Both the position numbers and the translations under genes were made by a program. DNA of 64,000 nucleotides. It comes from an uncultured Planctomycetaceae bacterium (GTDB taxonomy: Bacteria > Planctomycetota > Phycisphaerae > SM23-33). Location of the stretch: positions 18,812-82,811 of the forward strand of contig CAYNZP010000011.1 in the NCBI GenBank assembly GCA_964401835.1, in the 5' to 3' direction. The notes beneath the pieces were generated by a model. It was not told where the DNA came from. It ran no database searches and worked only from the letters and a program-made list of their open reading frames with translations. This document shows, piece by piece, positions 9,613 to 16,003 of this stretch (positions are counted from its first letter, which is position 1; every line of letters starts with the position of its first letter).

Positions 9613-10442
9613 GCAATAAAAATGATTCAATAAAAACCTGCAGCATTTCAGACGTCCAGATAGGTGATGGCAAGCTCGCGCTTATCGCCGGGCCTTGCAT
9701 GGCAGAGAGCCTGCAGATGTGTGTCGATATTGCTGGCAAGCTTAAGGACGTTTGTAGCCGCGTTGGTGTTGGATATGTCTTCAAGGCCAGCTTCGATAAG
9801 GCCAACCGCTCCAGCGTAGAGAGCTACCGCGGGCCGGGGCTGGAAAAAGGGCTCGATTGGCTGGCGTCTGTGAAAGAGCAAATCGGCGTACCCGTGCTCT
9901 CAGATGTGCATGAAGTATCGCAGGTTGTTTCCGCAGCCGAGGTGTTGGACTGCATCCAGATACCTGCGTTTCTCTGCCGACAGACCGACCTTCTCGTAGC
10001 TGCGGGCTTATCCGGCAAGTGCGTCAATATAAAGAAGGGCCAATTCATGGCCCCGTGGGATATGTCCCAGGCGGTCAACAAAGTCCGCAGCACCGGCAGC
10101 GAAAAGGTACTGCTGACCGAGCGTGGAACCAGCTTCGGATACAACCGCCTTATAACGGATATGCGGGGCATTCCGCAGATGCAGGAATTCGCACCGGTAG
10201 TCTTCGATGCGACACACTCTGTCCAGGAACCCGGGGGGCTCGGAAATGCTTCCGGCGGGCGGCGTGAATATGCACTTACTCTGGCGTCAGCCGCACTGGC
10301 AGCCGGGGCAAACGCGCTGTTCATCGAAACCCACCCCGAGCCCGACAAGGCCAAATCTGATGCCGCCTGCCAAATTCCGGTTGATGAAATGGAACAAGTC
10401 CTGCAGCGATGCAGTGCTGTCTTCCAGGCCGTCAAAGGTTAA
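9609..10442 (+). CDS. kdsA: 3-deoxy-8-phosphooctulonate (KDO8P) synthase
   Basis: IAGPC, FKASFDKANRSS, QIPAFLCRQTDLL, NIKKGQF, ERGTSFGY, FDATHSVQEPGG. Confidence 0.95.
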   Translation: MSNKNDSIKTCSISDVQIGDGKLALIAGPCMAESLQMCVDIAGKLKDVCSRVGVGYVFKASFDKANRSSVESYRGPGLEKGLDWLASVKEQIGVPVLSDVHEVSQVVSAAEVLDCIQIPAFLCRQTDLLVAAGLSGKCVNIKKGQFMAPWDMSQAVNKVRSTGSEKVLLTERGTSFGYNRLITDMRGIPQMQEFAPVVFDATHSVQEPGGLGNASGGRREYALTLASAALAAGANALFIETHPEPDKAKSDAACQIPVDEMEQVLQRCSAVFQAVKG

Positions 10443-10453
10443 CCCCACCCGCC

Positions 10454-11614
10454 ATGTTCGAATTCAACGTAACCCAAAACATAACCCAAAAAAACTCCAA
10501 GGCGCGGCTTGGCAAATTGACCACACCTCACGGAACGGTCGAAACACCCGTGTTCATGCCAGTCGGCACAGCCGGCAGCGTAAAAGGCATAACACCGGAC
10601 CAACTTCAACAAACCGGCGCGCAGATAATTCTCGGCAACACCTACCACCTTATGCTCCGCCCGGGCGCGGACACCGTAGCGGCACTGGGCGGTCTGCACA
10701 AAATGATGGCCTGGGATAAACCCATCCTTACCGACAGCGGCGGCTATCAGGTATTCTCGCTAGCTCACCTGAGGAAAATCGATGACTCCGGCGTGGTCTT
10801 TCAGTCTCATGTAGACGGCTCAGAAGTGAACCTCTCGCCGCAAAAAGCGGTGGAGATTCAGCACAAACTCGGCAGCGATATTATGATGCAACTCGACGAA
10901 TGCGCGCCGGCTGACGCCTCCAAAGACGACGTCGCCCAAGCCGTCGAAAGAAGCGCTGCGTGGGCATTGGCGTGCAGGCAAGCCTGGGATAAACTCGGCC
11001 GAAAGTCTGCCCAGGGCCATGACCAGGCGCTGTTCGCAATCCAGCAAGGCGGCGTGTTTACCGACCTGCGAGCCGAGTCTGCCCAGCGGCTGGTCGAACT
11101 CGACCTGCCCGGTTACGCCATCGGCGGGCTTAGTGTAGGCGAAGGTCACGAGGCAATGTGCAGCGTGCTGGAACATATTGACGAGCAGTTCCCGCCGACC
11201 AAGCCCCGCTATCTGATGGGCGTCGGCGAGCCGCGGGACATACTCGCAGCTGTCCTGGCTGGGGTGGATATGTTCGACTGCGTCATCCCCACTCGCAACG
11301 GCCGAAACGCTCAGGCCTTTACCTGGTCGGGCAAGATTCGCCTGCGAAACTCCAAGTGGACCGAAGACACCGCCCCGATAGACGAAAACTGCGACTGCTA
11401 CGCCTGCCGGAATTTCTCGCGCGGGACGTTGCGGCATCTTTTCATGGCCAAGGAAATGCTCGGCCCGACACTGACGACGATACACAACCTGCATTTCTTC
11501 GCACAACTTACGGCAGCCATCCGCGGCGCCATAGCCGATGGCAACCTGGCCGAGATGGCGAAAAAGTGGGAAACGCAACTTTACACCGAGCAGGACAACG
11601 GAAGCGTCCAATAA
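10454..11614 (+). CDS. tgt: tRNA-guanine transglycosylase
   Basis: ETPVFMPVGT, LGNTYHL, LTDSGGYQVFSL, YAIGGLSVGE, YLMGVG, DMFDCVIPTRNGRN, CDCYAC, TIHNLHF. Confidence 0.96.
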   Translation: MFEFNVTQNITQKNSKARLGKLTTPHGTVETPVFMPVGTAGSVKGITPDQLQQTGAQIILGNTYHLMLRPGADTVAALGGLHKMMAWDKPILTDSGGYQVFSLAHLRKIDDSGVVFQSHVDGSEVNLSPQKAVEIQHKLGSDIMMQLDECAPADASKDDVAQAVERSAAWALACRQAWDKLGRKSAQGHDQALFAIQQGGVFTDLRAESAQRLVELDLPGYAIGGLSVGEGHEAMCSVLEHIDEQFPPTKPRYLMGVGEPRDILAAVLAGVDMFDCVIPTRNGRNAQAFTWSGKIRLRNSKWTEDTAPIDENCDCYACRNFSRGTLRHLFMAKEMLGPTLTTIHNLHFFAQLTAAIRGAIADGNLAEMAKKWETQLYTEQDNGSVQ

Positions 11615-11621
11615 GCTCTTA

Positions 11622-11650
11622 TTGACGTGGCGAAATAAATTTTGCACAAT
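11622..11650 (+). promoter_or_regulatory. Sigma70-type promoter candidate for yajC
   Basis: TTGACG-N17-CACAAT. Confidence 0.5.
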
Positions 11651-11695
11651 GCTCTACCGTTTTGCAGAACCAACTAACTTTGAAAGGAAATCGAC

Positions 11696-12229
11696 GTGAG
11701 AAAATCACTGATTGGTATTTTACTTGTTCTCGTATCGCTGACTGCCCTTGTGGCCGCTCCAGCAGTCACCTTCGCCCAAACAACAGCCGAAGAAGAAGCC
11801 AAAGAGGTCATCCGCGAAGCTGCCCCAGATGGCGAAGTTGTCGATGAAGCCGTCGAAGGCGCCCAAGAGACGGCCGAAGAAGGCATAGAAGGCGAGCCTG
11901 CAACCCAGCCGGCACAACGGCCGCAATCTTTCCTACAGAAGAACTTCATCTGGATAATGTTAGCTGTTCTCGTATTCATGTGGTTCTTTATGGGCCGGGG
12001 CCGACGCAAGAAAGAAGCCCAGCGTAAGGCCATGCTCGCAGCACTTGGCAAGGGTGACAAGGTAACCTCAATCGGCGGCATCGTCGGAACCGTCGTGGAA
12101 GTCCGTGACGATGAAGTTACCATCAAGGTCGACGAGACGAATAACATTCGCATGCGTTTCGCACGCTGGGCCATTCGTGGCATTGGCGAACAGGCCAAGA
12201 CCGAAACCCCCGAAGATCAGCAGAAGTAA
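11696..12229 (+). CDS. yajC: Preprotein translocase subunit YajC with N-terminal extension
   Basis: TM followed by RRKKEAQRKAMLAALGKGDKVTSIGGIVGTVVEV; extra signal-peptide-like N-terminus and acidic linker. Confidence 0.9.
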   Translation: MRKSLIGILLVLVSLTALVAAPAVTFAQTTAEEEAKEVIREAAPDGEVVDEAVEGAQETAEEGIEGEPATQPAQRPQSFLQKNFIWIMLAVLVFMWFFMGRGRRKKEAQRKAMLAALGKGDKVTSIGGIVGTVVEVRDDEVTIKVDETNNIRMRFARWAIRGIGEQAKTETPEDQQK

Positions 12230-12252
12230 ACTGAGCTTTCAGAAATGAATCC

Positions 12253-12287
12253 CGCCCGGAATTGTGATAATTCCGGGCGTTTTTTTT
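12253..12287. terminator. Intrinsic terminator after yajC
   Basis: cgcccggaatt-gtgat-aattccgggcg followed by T8. Confidence 0.85.
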
Positions 12288-12309
12288 ATGCTCACAAACC
12301 AGTAAAAAC

Positions 12310-13413
12310 TTAGCTGTTGTTTACAGCTTCTACGACAAGGTCGCCAACCTCTGTGGTCGAATAGCCCATCCTGCCGGCTGACTGCGTGTCCATCTTCGGC
12401 GTAACTTCGCGGATAGCCTTTTCAACTCTGTTGCCGGCGTCGACAAGTTTATCGTCGCCCTTGTTGGTGCCGGTTTCACGCAGCAGCATTGCCAGCGAGG
12501 CGATGGCCGCTATCGGGTTGATGACATTCTGGCCTGTGTATTTCGGGGCACTGCCGCCGATTGGCTCGAACATGCTGACGCCGCTGGGGTTGATGTTACC
12601 ACCAGCTGCCACGCCCATGCCGCCCTGAATCATCGCGCCAAGGTCGGTGATGATATCGCCGAACATGTTGCAAACGACGATCGTGTCGTAGTACTCGGGG
12701 TTCTTGACAAACCACATGCAGGCTGCGTCGACGTGGTTGTAGTCTTTCTTGATATCCGGGTACTCTTCGCCCACTTCCATGAACGCCCGATACCAAAGAT
12801 CGTGTGCGTAGGTCAGCACGTTGTTCTTGCCGACCAGTGTAACCATGTGTTTCGGGTTGTTGCGGCGTTTGCACAGTTCGAAGGTATAGCGGATCGCCCT
12901 TTCGACGCCGCGGCGGGTGTTGCACATTATCTGCGTCGCCACTTCGTTGTCGGTGCCCTTATACTGGAAACCGCCCATGCCGGTGTACAGCCCTTCGGTA
13001 TTCTCGCGGACCACGAGGAAGTCGATGTCGTCGGAGGTCTTGCCCTTCAGCGGCGTATCGACATTCGGGTACAGCGTAACCGGGCGAAGGTTAATGTACT
13101 GATCCAGCTCGAAGCGAACCTTAAGCAGCAGGCCTTTTTCCAGGATACCCGGGGCTACGTCGGGATGCCCGACCGCGCCGAGGTAGATGGCATCGAAGCT
13201 CTTGAGCTGCTCGATCTCTTCCGGATGAATGACCGGAATGGTCTGCTCGTTGGGGTCGCCGCCGGCCGCCAGGTAACGGTCGCCGCTGACGTTGAAGTCA
13301 GTGGTCTCGTACTCGAACCCAACCTTCCCGGCAACAGCTGCCAGAACCTTCAGGCCTTCGGCTACTACTTCCGGGCCAGTGCCGTCGCCACCGATAACTG
13401 CTATCTTAGTCAC
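12310..13413 (-). CDS. leuB: 3-isopropylmalate dehydrogenase (isocitrate/isopropylmalate dehydrogenase family)
   Basis: IAVIGGDGTGPEV, LRPV, VVRENTEGLY, NMFGDIITDLGA, MFEPIGGSAPK, NPIAAI. Confidence 0.85.
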   Translation of the reverse strand: MTKIAVIGGDGTGPEVVAEGLKVLAAVAGKVGFEYETTDFNVSGDRYLAAGGDPNEQTIPVIHPEEIEQLKSFDAIYLGAVGHPDVAPGILEKGLLLKVRFELDQYINLRPVTLYPNVDTPLKGKTSDDIDFLVVRENTEGLYTGMGGFQYKGTDNEVATQIMCNTRRGVERAIRYTFELCKRRNNPKHMVTLVGKNNVLTYAHDLWYRAFMEVGEEYPDIKKDYNHVDAACMWFVKNPEYYDTIVVCNMFGDIITDLGAMIQGGMGVAAGGNINPSGVSMFEPIGGSAPKYTGQNVINPIAAIASLAMLLRETGTNKGDDKLVDAGNRVEKAIREVTPKMDTQSAGRMGYSTTEVGDLVVEAVNNS

Positions 13414-13557
13414 TTTCCTATCCTTCCTGTTATTTTCAGGTTCTTCTTAATGTTCACAAAAGAGCCGGGTAGTTTACTGCTACGCCTGCCTTTAGGCAAT
13501 AGTTATCAGCTGCCCCGTTTGCTAAAAGTGCCCGAAGCTGCCGCTGCTTGCCGAAAG

Positions 13558-13647
13558 CTGCCCAAAACTGCCCAATTCTGCCCAGTTCTGCCCAGTTCTG
13601 CCCGATTCTGCCCAGTTCTGCCCAATTCTGCCCAATTCTGCCCAGTT
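13558..13647. repeat. Tandem repeat, 9 copies of a 10-bp unit CTGCCC(A/G)(A/G)(T/A)(T/A)
   Basis: ctgcccaaaa ctgcccaatt ctgcccagtt ctgcccagtt ctgcccgatt ctgcccagtt ctgcccaatt ctgcccaatt ctgcccagtt; degenerate units extend leftwards to about 13510. Confidence 0.95.
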
Positions 13648-13965
13648 TTAAAAATGTTAAGTTGATCTTTATTAATGACTTATCGATTCTGGGCCTTAAA
13701 AACGGAAAAAACCAGCTTTTGACGGACTCGGGCTCCTGACTACCGGCTCCCGGCTACGCTTGGTCATGTTATTTGGTTTTTAAAAGTAATCTGCACTCGA
13801 CACTCAGCGTCGTCATTGATTCGGAATTCGTGCTTCTAAATTCGGATTTCCACTTTTGTGGCGCTCCATATTACCTGCGATGACCGCGAAACCCCGCGCA
13901 AAGCGGTAACGTAATCCACGGATTACACGGATAAGTCCCGGCCGGGCCATGAAATGTTTTTTTGA

Positions 13966-14047
13966 AATTTTTTAGCATCACATTCAAACGCTGTACGCTA
14001 TCAATCCGCGCTGAATAACACCGCCGGTTTAGCTGGCTATGCCAAAA
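13966..14047. repeat. Diverged direct repeat, copy 1 (partner 14569-14650)
   Basis: aattttttagcat-c-acattc-a-aacg...cgctatcaatc-N29-gctatgcc; ungapped alignment at offset 603. Confidence 0.85.
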
Positions 14048-14164
14048 AATAGGGGTGGGCATGCTTGTTCGCCCTGCTGCCTCGCCCGATCTCCCAGCAT
14101 GGAAAAAAGTTAGGGCAATCAATTAAAGTATTCGAGAAAATTGCCGATAATAAAACTTTAGTAT

Positions 14165-14200
14165 AAAAAAAGGCCGACTTTGGAGTTTCGGTCGGCCTTT
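14165..14200 (-). terminator. Intrinsic terminator (minus strand) with no annotated upstream ORF
   Basis: Minus strand reads aaaggccgac-cgaaactccaaa-gtcggcc followed by T7. Confidence 0.75.
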
Positions 14201-14204
14201 CCCT

Positions 14205-14289
14205 TGGCGGGCATCGGGTGCTTACACGGCACCAGCAATTAAAGTCATGGGGTCGGGATGCTATTATTTTTAATTGCAATGATGCCCGC
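14205..14289 (-). ncRNA. Candidate structured small RNA (three-way junction, tRNA-like 3' end); family unassigned
   Basis: Stems GCGGGCATC/GATGCCCGC, GCAATTAAA/TTTAATTGC and GGTGC-cgtgtaa-GCACC; ends ...GATGCCC-GCCA just before a terminator. Confidence 0.5.
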
Positions 14290-14430
14290 TATGAGTTTTC
14301 GTACTGGTACTAAAGGAATTTGTCGGAAAATAAAAGGATATGCAAGCAAGACCCCAGTTGGCAGTATAGTTGAATACGTTTTCCCCGACCCAACCGATTT
14401 TATCTTCATAAAATCCACGGTTAAGCCCTT

Positions 14431-14480
14431 CCCTAAAACACCCCAAAAAATCTCAAAACACCCTAAAACAATCTTAAAAT
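14431..14480. repeat. Degenerate 10-bp periodic array with phased A-tracts
   Basis: ccctaaaaca ccccaaaaaa tctcaaaaca ccctaaaaca atcttaaaat. Confidence 0.6.
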
Positions 14481-14568
14481 GTTCCCAAGAAACCCCAAAA
14501 GGAGTGTGCTTATATTTACTTATTCGGCCTTTTCTTCTTACTAAATTAGAAAAAGAAAGAAAATCATG

Positions 14569-14650
14569 AATTTTTTAGCATAACATTCCAACGTAGGGCG
14601 CTATCAATCGACTTTGAACAACCAACTAAGGTTGGCAAGCTATGCCGAAA
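14569..14650. repeat. Diverged direct repeat, copy 2 (partner 13966-14047)
   Basis: aattttttagcat-a-acattc-c-aacg...cgctatcaatc-N29-gctatgcc. Confidence 0.85.
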
Positions 14651-14800
14651 ATTTTGGGGATTTTTGCGTGTGGCACGTCTTGCTCGCAAGGCGTGTTGTT
14701 TGATTTAAGAACATAGCTAGCGAGCTAGCCATGCCACCCGCGCAGCTAAACCCAAGCCGGGCCATGAAATGATTTTTTTGAGTTTTTTGGGGGTGTGGTT

Positions 14801-14893
14801 GTAGGCTGGGGCAAGTGAAACGCGCCCCACCGCGCAAAATGCAAAATGCCAGTAGAATTGCTTTCCCGCGAGCAAACAAGTTGCTCGCCCTAC
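14801..14893. repeat. GTAG-type REP doublet (REPIN-like) at the 3' side of the TIR gene
   Basis: Plus strand GTAGGCT-GGGGC...GCCCC at 14801 and, inverted, minus strand GTAGG-GCGAGCAA-cttgt-TTGCTCGC starting at 14893. Confidence 0.7.
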
Positions 14894-14907
14894 TTACTAC
14901 TTAGTTG

Positions 14908-15840
14908 TTAAAAAGGAATTTTGTAACTGGTTGTCTGCTCTTCAGGCTTTTCTTGGAAAAGAACTCTTCCATGCTTACCAAGTAGTTCGCCTATTTTTGA
15001 ACGGATTTCTGAAGAGTTTTGTATTAGTGGATTGCTTAGTGCATTATTTGATAAACGATCCAATTGTGTCTCTGGAATACTATCAACCTTATTTAATAGG
15101 TTAATTTTATTTTGGGCATCATTAATATTCTTTACTGATAATAAAAGACTACATAAGAGGCCGAGGATTTTGCTTTTTGTTTTGGGATTAAAAACAAGTA
15201 TGTTGAAAATTGCCTCTGCTACTTCGAATACCGTCTTGCCTTCTCCCTGCAATGCTTGAAATTTCCCCAAAAAACCATAGGGGTCTAATTCTTTCTTTAT
15301 TGGGATTACAAGAACATCTCTTCCTAAAGCAATCCCAACCTCTTGTCCAGTCCAATTGCTTTCCTTAAAGCCGGGGGTAAGAATTGCAGCGAAAGCGTCC
15401 ATAGAAAACAAAGCTCTCTCAATTTCGATTTCCCATTCGCGCGTAGGTTCGATGTCTGAATGAGCAACGAAGCCTGATATACCATATGTTAATAATTGTT
15501 TTTGTAGTTTTGCCGTCTTAACTTTAAAAGCTGAAATATGGCTCAAGAAAAGTTTAAAATGCCCTGGCTTCCAAAAAGTGCTTTCGGACAAGTCCAAATC
15601 TTTTGATACTGTATATCCATGTTCGATATCAAGTTCATCGGCTATTTTAATAATTGTTCCAGGAGGAACATCAGCCAATAACTCTTTTGTATATACCCAC
15701 TTACTATTTGCATCGGATGTTTCTTTTTTACAATTTACGCCATGACCTGATAAATAGACATTGATGTCAACATAGGTCATCTTGGCCTGCAATTTTCGGC
15801 CTATGGTATCGATCAAGTTGAATCTATCTATTTGTCTCAT
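14908..15840 (-). CDS. TIR-domain protein (TIR_2-like) with N-terminal helical domain, possible phage-defence protein
   Basis: FKLFLSH, GISGFVAHSDIEPTREWEIEIERAL, SNWTGQEVGIALG (Glu at the TIR catalytic position), VIPI, DPYGFLGKFQAL; clearly more AT-rich than flanking genes. Confidence 0.85.
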   Translation of the reverse strand: MRQIDRFNLIDTIGRKLQAKMTYVDINVYLSGHGVNCKKETSDANSKWVYTKELLADVPPGTIIKIADELDIEHGYTVSKDLDLSESTFWKPGHFKLFLSHISAFKVKTAKLQKQLLTYGISGFVAHSDIEPTREWEIEIERALFSMDAFAAILTPGFKESNWTGQEVGIALGRDVLVIPIKKELDPYGFLGKFQALQGEGKTVFEVAEAIFNILVFNPKTKSKILGLLCSLLLSVKNINDAQNKINLLNKVDSIPETQLDRLSNNALSNPLIQNSSEIRSKIGELLGKHGRVLFQEKPEEQTTSYKIPF

Positions 15841-15879
15841 TTAATTCTTTTAAGAAGCTGTAGGTATCTTTTTTAGTCT

Positions 15880-15955
15880 GTAGGGTGGGTTTTGCCACCC
15901 ACAGATTTATGTTATTGTCTGATATTATTCGCGTGGGTGCAAGCACCCACCCTAC
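15880..15955. repeat. GTAG-type REP doublet (REPIN-like) at the 5' side of the TIR gene
   Basis: GTA-GGGTGG-gttttg-CCACCC-ac ... inverted partner on the minus strand GTAGG-GTGGGTGC-tt-GCACCCAC; both begin GTAGGGTGGG. Confidence 0.8.
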
Positions 15956-15968
15956 CAAGACGTAAAAA

Positions 15969-15996
15969 GCTGAACGCTAATTGCTGAATGCTGAAA
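15969..15996. repeat. Heptamer tandem repeat (4 x GCT(G/A)A(A/T)N)
   Basis: gctgaac gctaatt gctgaat gctgaaa, immediately before the mnmE start. Confidence 0.6.
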
Positions 15997-16003
15997 GGCT
16001 AAA

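Noticed and set aside
13510-13647. CRISPR array
   Set aside because: Units are contiguous 10-mers with no unique spacers, and there are no cas genes.
13548-13739. ORFs with (AQFCPILPSS)n repeats, including the tail of the 12733-13665 ORF
   Set aside because: Translation of the non-coding decamer repeat and an antisense shadow of leuB; no RBS or protein-like composition.
14205-14287. Canonical tRNA (GAC falls at positions 34-36) or tRNA-Sec
   Set aside because: No D-stem, no TTC T-loop, only 3 pairs in the anticodon-stem register, and no UCA anticodon; kept only as a tRNA-like RNA candidate.
14258-14569. 103-aa ORF and other short ORFs in 13871-14879
   Set aside because: They overlap the repeats and structured RNA, have low-complexity Lys/Pro content from A-tracts, and lack an RBS or family motif.
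13414-14907. oriC, suggested by AT-richness, repeats and proximity to mnmE
   Set aside because: Only poor DnaA-box matches (e.g. taatccacg, 2 mismatches). The perfect TTATCCACA copies seen (near 848 and 42179) lie inside coding sequence. GC-skew analysis would be needed.
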